Shown in pieces: positions 25,690 through 38,677 of a stretch of DNA of 64,000 nt (position 1 is its first letter; every line of letters starts with the position of its first letter). The notes beneath the pieces were generated by a model. It made no database searches. It worked only from the letters and a program-made list of their open reading frames with translations, and was not told the origin of the DNA. The position numbers were made by a program, and so were the translations under genes. The stretch is taken from NCBI RefSeq assembly GCF_963921235.1, contig NC_086114.1, forward strand, positions 44,888,001-44,952,000. Direction: 5' to 3'. The stretch is from Mobula hypostoma (taxonomy: Eukaryota).

Positions 25690-28600
25690 GGCAGGTTCAA
25701 GCGGAGTGGCATTTGGTGGAGTGGCTATTGTTGGAGTGGACCAGACTAGATTCGGAGAGAAAGGCTTGGGCAAGGTAAGTATCTGGTAAGTTTTTCTTTA
25801 TTCTTCACTCTTAGTCTGATAGTGCACAGTTAGAGTACTGAAAATGGCTACTCCATTCATTTGGCAGCTTTGGACCTGTACTCACTGGAATTTAGAAGAA
25901 TCCAAGAGGACCTTATTGAAACCTATCAAATGTTGAAAGGATTCAACATTCAAAAAGGTGCAGGTCAATGGGACTAGGCAGAAAAATGGTTCAGCACAGC
26001 CAAGAAGGGCCAAAAGGCCTGTTTCTGTGCTGTAATGTTCTATGGTTCTATGATTAGATAGGGTGGATGTGGAGAGGATGTTTCCAATGGTGGGGGTATC
26101 CTGAACTAGAGTGCACAGTCTCAAAATTGAGGGGAAACCCGTTAGAACAGAGGTAAGGAAGAATTTTTTTTAGCCAGAGAGTAGTAAATCTGTGGAATGC
26201 TCTGCCACAGACTGCGGTAGAGGCCAAGCCCATGGGTATATTGAAGGCGGAAGTTGATCATTTGCTGCTCGGTCAGGCCATCCAAGGATATGGCGAGAAG
26301 GCAGGTGTATGGGGCTGAGTGGGATCTGGGATCAGCCATGATGGAATGGTGGAGCAGACTCGATGGTCTGAATGGCCTAATTCTGCTCCGATGTCTTATG
26401 GCTCCAGGGTCTGTGTTGTGTTCTTTGTGTGAGATGTGGGAACTCTGGGAGAGCTCCAGCCTCCTGGATAACCACATCTGCACCAGGTGCACCCAGCTGT
26501 AGCTCCTCAGAGAACGTGTTAAGGAACTAGAGCTACAACTCAATGACCTTCAGTCCATACAGGAAACTGGGGAGATGATAGATAAGAGTTACAAGGAGGT
26601 AGTCACCTCTAAGTTGCAAGAGGCAGGTACCTGGGTGACTGTTGGAAGAGGGAAAATGAATGGGCAGCCAGTACAGGGTACTCCTATGGCTGTTCCCCTC
26701 AATAATAAGTATACTGCTTTCGATACTGTTGGTGAGGGCATGGGGATGTTGAGGATCTGCAGCGACCGAGTCTCTCGTGTAGGGCAATGTAATTGGTGAA
26801 AATGTATAGAATTCACAATCACAAACAATGGTTGGGGTTCAATTTTAGAGGCCTGATGAGGAGGTAATTATGTAAAGGACTTCTACTGTGCTTTGAGTTC
26901 AGTTTTTGGTGTTCAATAAATAAGTTGCTGCAGTTCTTCTTAAACATAAAATGCCTTTCCCATTTTCTTTGCGAAAACCTACATTGGTGACCCCGATGCT
27001 TTAGGATGATTCCAGAGTTATTGAACATGTTTGCCAATGAAACTGCCAGAGTTTGGGAGCAAAATGCTGTTGCTTGGTTGGTACAAGCTGAGGCCCCATT
27101 CACACTGCAAGAAATCTCCGCCTTTAATACCAAATATTTCTATGTGAGAGTGTCACTTAGTAACTCTACAGCAGCAAGAGTAGTAAGTCTACTAGAACAT
27201 GATAAATTCCAATCGCTGAAAGTTCACCTTTTACTGACTTTTGGACGATTGGAGTCTGAGCATGCCAAACAGCTGCTCTCCTTGCCCAGCCTCGGTGATA
27301 CTAAGACCTTGGAGCTAATGCACCACATGCTGCCTCTCCTGGGAAATCACTATCCTTGTTTTATTTTTAAAGGACTCCTCATGCAGCAAATGTCTGATCA
27401 AGTTTGCATAACACTCGTGGATGCGCCTGTGAAGGAATATAGGGAACTTGCTGAAATGGCAGATGGTCTACACTCAGCCAGGCACTAGTATATCATTCTT
27501 CCTCCTTTCTGTACCTCAATAAGCCCAGTCAGCAAGGCCCCCAACATAAGGACAGCTGAGGCAGCGAAACAGATAATGTCGGACTTGTGTTTTTACCATG
27601 CACACTTTGGTAGGAACGCTAGAAAATGCCAACCGCCTTGGAACTTTGACAGTGCCAGCACATCGAGACATCAGAGGTCTGTGAACACGGTGAGTTCCAG
27701 CTGCCAGGGTCATCTACTGTTCATTACAGACTCCCTTTCAGCGCAACGCTTCCTCTGTGACACGAGCGCTCAATTGAGCGTGCTGCCAGCATCACCTATT
27801 GATGAAATCTCACTGGAGGCCATTGACAGCAGCAGGATTGAGACCTACGGGACATAACGGGTGAAGCTCTGCTTCAGCAAGCAACGTTATACGTGGGACT
27901 TAGTCCTGGCTAAAGTGGCTAGACCTCTGCTCGGTGCAGATTTCCTGTGTGCCCAAGGACTGTTAGTCAATCTTAAGAACTACTGGCTTGTGGATGTCAA
28001 GGACTTTGGGTCGCTACCCGGCTCCCCCAGCAGGTTCCCCACAATGACTCAGTCAAGCACATGCACCACCACATGTGAGTTCAGTCAGCTGCTGGGCAAA
28101 TTCCCAGATCTCACCAAGCCCACATTCTCCACCACAGTTGCAAAACATGGGGTCCAGCACCATAGTTCTACAACTGGCCCGCCAGTCCATGCCCACACCT
28201 CTAGACTGGACCCAGAAAAACTGGCAAACATAGAGGCTGAGTTTGCCAACATGAAAAGACTCGGTGTTGTACACTGGTTGAATAGGCCCTGAGCTTCCCC
28301 TTTCCATATGGTCCCTAATTCTGATGGTAGTTTCTGCCCATGTGGCGATTACTGACTCATCGACCCCTGATGGTGGGTTGGAGGACAGTCCCAAAATGGC
28401 TGTGATAACCTCATTTGACCTCTTAGAGTTTCTGCACATGCTGTCTGGGCTGAAAAATACCAGCAAAGAGCTGATGAACAAATGCTCATGGACTCTGTAT
28501 TAAAGGAGTTACATTTCCTTTTTGCTTACCTGGATGACATACCTGTTGCCTATGCATCCAAATCCAAACATGTATCACATCTCTGCATTCTTTCCAAGTG

Positions 28601-31600
28601 CTTAAACCAATTGGGGTTGATTATTAACCCTACTAAATACCAGTCTGGGTTGTCAACCATTGACTTTCTAGACCATTACATCTATGCAGAAGGTTCTAAA
28701 ATGTAGCCACTATTATGGATTTCCCAATGCCCCACACTATTAAAAAAACTACAGTTTTTATTCAAGGTCAATTTCTATCACTGCTTCATTCTACGAGCTG
28801 CTGAACTTATGCTTCCAATGTATAGTGTGCATAAAGGCTGTACCTTTAATCACGTGCTTGACTGGTCAGCCGACATAGCCACCGCATTTGATGATAGCAT
28901 ACAAGCTCTTTCCAGGGCGACCCCACTGGTGTATCCACTTCCTAACACACCTATAGTCATTACTACTGATGCTTCAGATGATGCTCTGGGTGTTGTGCAT
29001 GAACTGTTGGTCAAAGGCATATGGCAGCCACTTGCCGCCTTCAAGCGGAAGTACAGCATGTTTGACCAAGAGCTTCTTTATCTCTGTCTAGCTGTCTGCC
29101 ATTTTTGTTGTCTTCCAGAGGGTCACCATTTGCAGCATTTGTGACCACAAACCCCTCGTGCACAAAATTGCCAAAATATGAGACCCTTGGTCTGCATGGC
29201 AGCAACGCCATGCCTATCAGAGGTCACAACTGCTACACAAAATATCAAAGGGGAATATAATGCCGTGACTGATTGCCTCTCATGACCTGCCATTGAGGCC
29301 ACACTCATAGGAGCTGACTAATCTACTGACCTAGAGGATCAGGCTTATTGAACAGCAGTCACGGGCTTGATATTAAGTTCAGGGAAGCTGGGATTTCTCT
29401 CCTGTGTGATGTCTCAACTGGTTGCTCTCACTCCATAGTGCCTGCAAACCGGCAGTGAACTGTTTATGACTCCATACATGGCCTTGCGCATCTGGGCCAG
29501 AAGGCTTCAGAGAAACAGGTTGCACTAAAGTTTGTGTGGAACGGCCTTAGAAAGGACTGTGTGATTGGACTGCAGCGTGTGAAGTTCCAGTGGGCAAAAA
29601 TTAACTGTCACATCTAGGCATCATTAGCACCTTTTGAGGTCCCTGAGTGATGGTTTGACCATGTCAATGTGGACCTTAATGGTCCTCTTCCCCCATGCCG
29701 TGGTTTCACTCATTTCCTTACCATGGTGGACTGTCCACCAGGTGGCCAGAGGTCGCCCCTCTAGCATTGACAATGGCTGCAGACATGGCTCCAGTGTTCA
29801 TCAGCACACGGGTTGCTCAGTTTGGCACCCCCATCTGATATTTCCTCTGACCACAGTCCCCAACTGATATCGGACCTCTGGGCTGTGATGGCCCAGAGCC
29901 ACAGTGTTAAGCTACATCACACCACGGTGCATCACCCGCAGTCCAATAGCTTATGCAAACGGTTTCACCACTGCTTAAAGGCTACTCTGAGGTGCCTGAC
30001 GGATGAGGGTTGGACTGATAGTCTCCCATGGCTGCTGCTGGAACTCAGAACAGCTCAAAAAGAGGACTTGCAGTCGTCCGCTGCTGAATTGGTATATGGG
30101 CAGCTGATATAAGTGCCAGGTGATTTCCCAGATGCCACGACTGCCTGGTCGGCCTCTCAACAGCGTTCCACCCTCCTCAGCAAATTCAATTCCTTTGTAC
30201 CTATTCCTACCTCCCATCATGGCATAGAGCACTCTTGGGTTCCTGTTGGCCTACATTCCACCTTGTTTGTTTTCATCCAACATGATGCACACCCACATCC
30301 CTTTCGGCCCCTTTACAATGGCCAGTTCCTCGTTCTGGAACAGGGAGAAAAGACTTTTACTATAGACAAGAGGGTAAACCTGAATGTTTTTCAGTCGATT
30401 GCCTTAAACTGGCCCACCAAGATCTGGAGGATTCTGCTACCATGACCTTGCCATCACAACATAACCACGAACGTGTCAACATACCTCTGGACGAGCCAGA
30501 GGCACCTACTGTTCCTCCACCTATGGAACATAGGACCTGAGCCGGGCAGCTCATCTAATCTCCTGACTGGTTCACAGTGCCGGTTTTTGTGAATTCTGTG
30601 CGGGCAGTATAGGGTAATGTAATTGGGGAAACGTACAGAATTCACAATCACCGACATTGGGTTGGGGTTCACTTTCAGGAGCTGGTCTGATGTGATGAGG
30701 TAATTAAGTAAATGTCTGTTACTGCACTTTGTGTGCAGTTCTTGGTGTTCAATAAATGAGCTGCTAACGTTTTTCTGAAAATTAAATTGCTTCGGCCATT
30801 TTATTTGTGAAAACCAACAGTGACACTGACTGTGGCTCAGTGGTGGGGGAGGGGGTAGCTGGGAGAAGAGGACTACATCAGTGATAGGAGAGTAGACACG
30901 AGATTCTGTGGACATGAAAGACACCCAGATGGTACATACGTTGTCTCCAAGGTGCCAGGGTCAGGGACATCTCAGATCAGGTCCACAGCATTCTAAAGGA
31001 GGAAGGTGAGCTGCCAAATGTCTTGGTACATGTTGGGTATAAGATAGGTAGAGGGGCAGGTAGTGTTGAGGAAGCAGGGAGGTTGAAGAAGGACTTAGAC
31101 CAATTTGGAGAATGGACAAGGAAGTGGCAGATGGAATGCAGTGTTGAAAAGTGTATGGTCATGCACTTTGGTAGAAGGAATTAAAGCATATACTATTTTC
31201 TAAATGGGGAGGAAACTCAAAAATCTGAGATGCAAAAGGACTTGGGAATCCTTATGCAGGAATCCCAAATTAAGTAGGTGGTGAGGAACTCAATTGCAAT
31301 GTTAGTGTTTGTTTTGAGAAAACTAGAAAGTAATGCTGAGGGTTTATAAGGCACTGGTGAGGCCTCACTTAGAGTACGGTGAGTAGTTTTGGGCCCCTTG
31401 TGTGCTGACATTGGAGAGGGTTCAGAGGAGGATTATGAGAATGATTCCAGGAATTAAAGGATTATCATCTGAGAAGCATTTAATGGCACTAGGCCTGTAC
31501 TCGCTGGAATTTAGAAGAATGGGAGGGAATCTCATTGAAACCTATCAAATGTTGAAAGGCCTAGATAGAGAGGATGTGTCCTGTGATGGGGGTGTCTAGG

Positions 31601-31870
31601 ACCAGAGTGCACAGCTTCAGAATAAAGGATGTTCATTTATAATGGTGGTGAATCTGTGGAACAGATTGCCACCGGTGGCTGTGGAAGCCAGTTCCTTGGG
31701 TGTATTTAAGGTGGATGTTGATATGTTATTGATTAGTCAGGGTATGAAAGGTTATGGAGAGAAAGCAGAAGTATGGGATTGACAAGGAAATGAATCGGCC
31801 ATGATGAAATAGTGGAGCAGACATGTTGGGCCAAACAGCCTAATTCTGCTCCTATATCTAATAGTCTTAT
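25690..31870 (+). mobile_element. CR1 element with 5' UTR and ORF1, internally deleted, carrying nested insertions
   Basis: ORF1 MAPGSVLCSLCEMWE...HICTRC (Zn finger/leucine zipper) from 26398; esterase-like part 30820-31035; ORF2 C-terminus 31040-31800; a second CR1 fragment about 25851-26397 flanked by ATGGCT. Confidence 0.75.
26778..30819 (+). mobile_element. Decayed full-length Ty3/Gypsy provirus inside CR1 ORF1
   Basis: LTRs 26778-26983 and 30608-30819; PBS tggtgaccccga; gag 27006-27488, CFYHAHFG knuckle, protease FLCDTSA, RT AYLDD, RNase H TDAS, integrase HHPQSN; many stops and frameshifts. Confidence 0.92.
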
Positions 31871-32179
31871 TATTCTAGATGCTCAGATTAAATACAGAAA
31901 ACCATGGACATTCATAAAGTTCCTCCAAAAACGATCTTTTTGACCATTTCTCCATATAGTTTCATATGCAAGAAGACTTATAAAATGGGCACAATCAAAA
32001 CGTGTTGGCATGGAAACCCGTATTCATGTAACATGATCATGTTTCTCTTTTCCAGGAACTGGAGGTTAGCCTTCAAAACAATGATGGAAACAACAAAAAA
32101 AATCAACTGTGTTAATTTTAATAATGATGATAATAATAATAATTTTAATAATAATGAAACTGGAATAGGCTTTATTCCC

Positions 32180-32763
32180 AAACAACAGGAATTCTGCAGA
32201 TGCTGGAAATTCAAGCAACACACATCAAAGTTGCTGGTGAACGCAGCAGGCCAAGCAGCATCTGTAGGAAGAGGTGCAGTCGACGTTTCAGGCCGAGACC
32301 CTTCATCAGGACTAACTGAAGGAAGAGTGAGTAAGGGATTTGAAAGTTGGAGGGGGAGGGGGAGATCCAAAATGATAGGAGAAGACAGGAGGGGGAGGGA
32401 TACCTCTTGCCCATCCTCTGGGTCCCCCCCCCCCGGTCTTTCTTCCCGGACCTCCTGTCCCATGATCCTCTCCATCCTCTGGGTCCCCCCCCTCCCCCGG
32501 TCTTTCTTCCCGGACCTCCTGTCCCATGATCCTCTCGTATCCCCTTTTGCCTATCACCTGTCCAGCTCTTGGCTCTATCCCTCCCCCTCCTGTCTTCTCC
32601 TATCATTTTGGATCTCCCCCTCCCCCTCCAACTTTCAAATCCCTTACTCACTCTTCCTTCAGTTAGTCCTGACAAAGGGTCTCGGCCTGAAACGTCGACT
32701 GCACCTCTTCCTACAGATGCTGCTTGGCCTGCTGTGTTCACCAGCAACTTTGATGTGTGTTGC
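32180..32763. mobile_element. Fold-back PLE terminal insertion, about 585 bp
   Basis: Left arm 32180-32401 is inverted relative to the right arm; TSD atagg(c/t)tttattcc at 32165-32178 and 32764-32777; about 61-bp tandem duplication 32411-32535. Confidence 0.95.
32278..32313 (-). ncRNA. Minimal hammerhead ribozyme motif, core intact
   Basis: Minus strand: agtc-CTGATGA-agggtctcggcct-GAAA-cgTC-gact; the mirror copy at 32665-32700 has CTGACAA (core mutation). Confidence 0.8.
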
Positions 32764-33254
32764 ATAGGTTTTATTCCATTGGTTTTTCCAGTCACTCCAC
32801 CATTGTCACAATAGGCAGGTAAATGGGTAGGAGGGATATGTGGCTTGTAATGATGGAGGTCAAGTGATGAATGGACCCTGGAGATTGGCAAATCTACTCT
32901 GAATTGATTTGTCGACCACCACTCCTCAATTTGAAGCTCTTGATCACATTTCATGCTGTACAATATGTACCACTAGTGAGAATGAGTGAAGCTTCTGAAA
33001 TGACATGGGTGAATTGAGTTTCCCTCTGAAGCCACTCCTCTGTACCTTTCACCTGCTGCTAAGTTGGAACAGATCTACTTTGAGCCCAAACTCCCAATTA
33101 ATAAGGTTATTCCTGTCAATGACATGGGGAGGTGAAGAAAACGACTGTCCATTCAATTCACTTTCAAGCTCCTTGAGCTATAATAGTAAACAATGTATGT
33201 GCCTTTTAAGGAAACACATGAGTTACTAAGGCTAGAGGTGATTCAATCAAGCTG

Positions 33255-33506
33255 TGAGTGAGAGAGAGACAGCAAGTGAATGAGAGAGAGATTAAGAAGG
33301 AGATGGTGAGAGAGAGATGGGAAGGGAGAGGAGAAAAAAGACGGGGCAGAGAAAGTGAAAGAAGTAGAGGGGAGGGCAAACAGGAGAGAGATAGAGAGAA
33401 GTGATAAAATGAGAACAAGGTGGAGAAAGATTGGGTGGGAAAGAGCAAGCATCCAGAAGAGAGCATGGGAGAGAAAAGAAAGTAGAGATAGAGAGACAGA
33501 GAGAGA
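33255..33506. repeat. GA-rich polypurine low-complexity tract
   Basis: Decayed (GA)n, strongly purine-biased on the + strand. Confidence 0.85.
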
Positions 33507-34224
33507 GTTGAATTTATAGAATATCCTTCACTCCAGAATATTTAATGAAGTAATTTTTAAAGATAGAATAAAGAAATGAGGTAATGAAGTGGCACCCAGC
33601 AAACTCTATCACAAAAATGTAACATTGGCCAGATTCTCTAATTTGATTATACAGAATGAGGACAGGACAACAGGGAATATTAATGTACAATCTATTATTT
33701 TCATAGATTGTCTCAGTACAGTGAAGCTCTCCCTCAGTTACTGCTGAGACAAGAAAGTTGAACAGAGGCTACAGTTCTTTCGCTCAGCCATACATCTTCC
33801 CACTGACCAACTTCCAATGTGACACCTGTCAACTTCGTCTTTATGTGGATCACCTCCAAGGAGGTAAAAATCACACCTTGCATGAGTTGCGTTGGGTCTA
33901 TAATAAAATTCGCTGCTTGACAGCTGCCGTACACTGTGTCTGCCATTGTGCCAGACAACTCACGGTTCTCCACCAGAAGAGGGAGTTCTTCACTCAATCC
34001 AGTGAAGTACCTCACAATAGTGATTCCCCAGCCCATAATCATTAATCGTGAACAAACCTAAAAATAATTTATTATAAAATTGGCTTCCTAAATAACATTT
34101 AAATCATTACTATAAATAAATATTTTATTTTAATCTAAAGAAACCCACATTTCTTTCCATTAATCCGCTGGGGGAAATCCTTAGGTCGAGCAACATCTGT
34201 GGGGGGAAGGGAATTAGTCGTAGA

Positions 34225-35745
34225 GTTTTAGACAATTACAGCACAGAAAAAGAGCAGTAGGCCCATCCAGTCCAGGCTGAGCCATTTAAACTGCCTTCTC
34301 CCATCAACCTGCTCTGGGTCCATAGCCCTCCATACCCCTACCATTCACCTACTTATCAAAACTTCTCTGCATCTGCCTGCCATAGGGTCCGAGGGAACAC
34401 CTTGTCAGCGTCTGAGTGTTTAACCACCCTAATTTTCCTCAGGACAGCAAACATCTCCTCCTCTGTAATCTGTATAGAGTCCATGGTTAATGCTATTTCG
34501 CTTCACTTCTGTAGACAGAAGCAAAAAATACGTTTAAGATCTCCCCAATCTCTTTTGACTCCACAAATGGATTACCATTCTGATCCTCCAAAGAACCAAT
34601 TATGTCTCTTGCAATTCTTTTGCTCTTAACAAATCTGTAGAATCCCTTAGGATTCTCTTTCAACTTGTCTGCCAAGGAAACCTCATACCTTCTTTGAGCC
34701 CTCCTGATTTCTTTCTTCAGTGTTCTCTTGCATTTCATATACTTCATAAGCACCTCATTTGTTCCTACCTGCCTATACCTGCAATGTACCTTCTTTTTTT
34801 TCTAACTCAGGGCCTCAATATCTCTTGAAAACAAAATGTCACTACACCTTTTATCTTTATCTTTTATTCTGACAGGCACGTACAAGCTTCGTACTCTAAA
34901 AATTTCACTGTTGAAGACCTCTCACTTACCATGTACACTTTTGACAGAAAACAACCTATTCCAATCCATACTTGCCAGATGCTTTCTAAAAACATCAAAA
35001 TTGGCCTTTCTCCAATTTAGGATCTCAACCTGCAGTCCAGACCTATCTTTCTGCATATATGCTTTAAAACTATTGGTATTGTGATCACTAGATGCAAAGT
35101 GTTCTCCGACACAAACTTCTGTTACCTGCCCTGTCACAGTCTCTAATAGCAGATCAAGTGTCACACACTCTTTCATTGGGACTTCTAGGTACTGACTAAG
35201 AAAACCTTCCTGAACACACTTGACAAACTCTATCCCATCTAGTCCTTTTACAGTATGGGAGTCCTGGTCAATATGTGGAAAGTTAAAATTACCTACTATA
35301 GATATCTTATGTATCTTGTAACCATCTGCAATCTCTGTAACTTTGTTCCTCAAAATCCCTACTCTGTTGGGTGATCTGTAATATACCCATATGTCTCACT
35401 AGTCGAGTTCTCCAGTCTCTCCTGGCTGAGCACTGTCATGATATTTTCCCCGACTAATAATGCCGCCCCTCCTCCTTTAATCCCTCCTGCTCTGTCAAGC
35501 CTAAAACAACAGAACCCTGGAATATTAAGCTGCCAGCCCTGCCCCTCCTGCAAGCAAGCCTCACTAATGACTACAATATCATAATTCCAGGTGTTGATCC
35601 ATGCCCTAAGCTCATCTGCCTTTGCTACGATACTCCTTGCATTGAAATATACACAGCTCAGGACATTATTCGCACTATGCTCAACCTTTTCATTCCTGAC
35701 TTTATCTACGGTCTTAATAAAATCTTCCTCCACTTCTCCACTCTA
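34225..35745 (-). mobile_element. CR1 ORF2 fragments including the APE endonuclease
   Basis: YFNARSI...IVVISE, VGNFNFP, TLDLLL, SDHN, KENPKGFY motifs. Confidence 0.9.
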
Positions 35746-36384
35746 TTGTCAACAGTTCAAGGTCATGGGCTGAGATCTTACTATAGAGGATTATTCTGTA
35801 TTTTTCCCTCAAAAAGTATATTTTAATAACGCTACCTACAGTAATCCAATTGGGGCAAGTTCATTCATAGTACCAAGTTGTTATATACTGTATATTCCCT
35901 TATTAAACGTCTATGTCAGTAATGTTTCATCCTTAAACATTATATCAATGAAACCTGTGAGAGGCTGTACACTACACAGGATCCAGCGCCTCAGTGGCTA
36001 CTGGTGGCTGGACTCTAGATAGTAGTCCTTTCCAACAAAGCCTTTGTGATTGCTGAACTATGCTACTATTCATCCACTGGCTGTTTTTTAATTGACTGAT
36101 GGAATTAAAAACTTCTTGTTGGTCTGGGCTGACAGTGAGACTTCCCGGACAGTTTGCTCTGGGATGAAGTCAAGGAGATTCATGGCTGGTGTCAGGAATA
36201 AAGCCGCTGTTGGGGGAATTCATCAAAAAGTTCCGACCGACAACACTCACCTCCTTCCCATTCTTGACTCTCTGCTTTCAACTCTCTATAAGGTAAGCCC
36301 TTGTGTTTGGTCAAACAGCATTTGCGGAGAGTGCAAGAAAATCTAATCTACAAGTCAATGACTTTCTGTTGGAATATCTTTAAT

Positions 36385-37180
36385 CAAGTTCAAGTTTCAA
36401 AGTACATTTATTATCAACATAGGTATACAACCCTGAGATTTGTCTTCCTGCAGGCAGCCTAGAAACAAAGAAACACCAGACAACCATTTAAAGAAAAACC
36501 CCACACAACAAAGAGCATCAAATATCCAATACGAGAAAAAAAGAACAATTCCTGCAAGCAGCAAAATGCAAGTAAATTTCACATAGATAATATGCATCAA
36601 ACCACAGAGACCCCGAAACAGACCTGGAGCCGCAGCCACCAAATCGGTCAGTTCCGCACTGTACCAATTGCTGCAGGCTATAACCACAGAGCCAGTTCTG
36701 CGCCAAAGTTCCTCGATCAAATTGTGCAAGTAGTAAAAAACACATGGAGCGTGAACTGCAGAATCCCCTAAAGCAAATCCATAGCTGCAGAGTGTATTCA
36801 GCACTGATGACGTTAATCAAACCGCAGAGTCCCCCAAAAATGAGTCCATGGCCACAAACCGCTAAGGTGATTGGACCTTGCAGCATGGGACCAAGACTCC
36901 TGCACCTTCCGCCAGCAGCTGCAAGAGGGAGACCATTCATACAGTGCCGAACACTGTTCCTTTCTCGCTCCCGTCCTCGTTGATTTGAATGTTGCTCAAC
37001 ACTTTAATGGGCATGGAGTAATGGACCTGACCACCGGGTTCGCATTCCACCATTAGGAATTGATGGCCGCCCAAGCACACTTTCCTCTTAATATTGCCAA
37101 TTTCCGCCAGAGATCACTAAAGCTCAGATCATTTAGTCGACTGAAAAATATATCCTTAAAATGGAAATTACAGGCTGCAA
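36385..37180 (-). mobile_element. Non-autonomous LINE-tail retroposon
   Basis: Minus strand ends aataaatgtactttgaaacttgaacttga (Rex1-like tail); non-coding body. Confidence 0.5.
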
Positions 37181-38003
37181 TCAATTGCAATTCAGGAAAA
37201 AAAATAGTACGTTTAAAAATAGAAAAGTATCTATCAGTTTCATGAGCTGTCTGCAGGATGTTACCATTAGTCACTGGCTCCATCTTGCTAGATATAACTT
37301 TATTGTCATTTCAACTTTATACACATATACTGCAAAACAAAACAAATTTCCTCTGGAACAAGGTACACAACACGGGACATATAACTCACACAGTGCATAC
37401 AACAATATTACCATAAATAAATTCACAAATAATAAGATGCATTTATGACACAAGTTAAAAAAGAAACACTATGATACTACTGCCGGTTCATATGTGGTGA
37501 GACCCAGGCGGCAGAAGGGAGATCAGTAGTCTCACGGTCTTGGGCAAGAAGTTGTTTCCCATCCTAACAGTCCTTGAGCTAATGCTACAGTACTTTCTGC
37601 TTGATGGTGGTCGGTCAAAGAGACTGGTGAACGGATTGGACAGATCTTTGACATTGCCAAGGGCTTTGCGTATGCAAATATTTCAGATCACTAGTTGCTG
37701 AATGCAGATACTCTAGATATTTAACTTAACGAAAAATTATACAAATACTGCCAGTAATAAATATCACAAGAAATATGATATATCTTGTTGATATTAACGA
37801 TCACAGGATTTTATATACAGCTTGTATTTAGAATTATAGAGTCACAGAGCAATACAGCACAGAATTGGGCCCTTTGCCTCTTTGAGACAATGCCAATCAG
37901 ATATCCACAAGGTTGATTCCAATCTCCCACATTCATCCCATTTCCCTCTAAGACCTGCCTCGGTGCGTACTTATCCAACTGCTTCTTAAATTCTATTATT
38001 GTA

Positions 38004-38677
38004 TGTAGCCCCCTGCCCAGCCTCAGGGTCGCTCGGCTCGCTGTCATCTAGGGAAACAGCCCTCAGCCCCGCCAGACTGGGTAATTAGTTTTTGCGGATG
38101 CTGTGTGATGTACCCCACCCCGCCCGAATAACAGACAATACACCAGATACGATTAAATGAGTTACAGTTTATAGATATTACTGGAACTATATAATTAATA
38201 GAGAATAAAATATAAAAGGAAAATAAAAGGCACCACACTTATCAAAGTTCAATCTCTTCATGCACAAACAGCTGGAGCTCAGGACCCTTCTTCTTCACCC
38301 TGCGACCCCTCGGACCACCTCGACCGGCCACCTGGGACCAACAATGGTAGTCGACCAGACACTCCACACGAGTCCGTCTCCGTCTCCTCTCCACGCAGAC
38401 CGCCCCACTCGGGGTCCAACCCCGTTAGCGGACTCACAGCACCTGGTCCATCCTCTGTCTCTCTCTCTCCCACCTTCTGCCCCAAAACCCTGCGCATACA
38501 ATATCTTACAGACACACCACAAGCATAACAACTATCCCAATTGGTTCATAACATTTTCTTATCAGTAACATGATCCAAACAAACTGCTAGCGGGAGAACT
38601 TTCTCAGCAGTTAACATAACAAAAAAGCCATTTTAATTAGACTACGCAGTGACATAACAAAAAAGAAACCCCTTACA
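38004..38677. mobile_element. Young solo LTR (674 bp) inside a minus-strand CR1 relic
   Basis: TGTAGCCCC...CCCCTTACA termini; 4-bp TSD TGTA (38000-38003, 38678-38681); CpG-rich. Confidence 0.85.

Noticed and set aside
31904-32963. Long overlapping ORFs (287, 250 and 165 aa) on both strands
   Set aside because: Produced by the palindromic PLE 3' UTR and AAT repeats; the same peptides appear at 21300-22697; not genes
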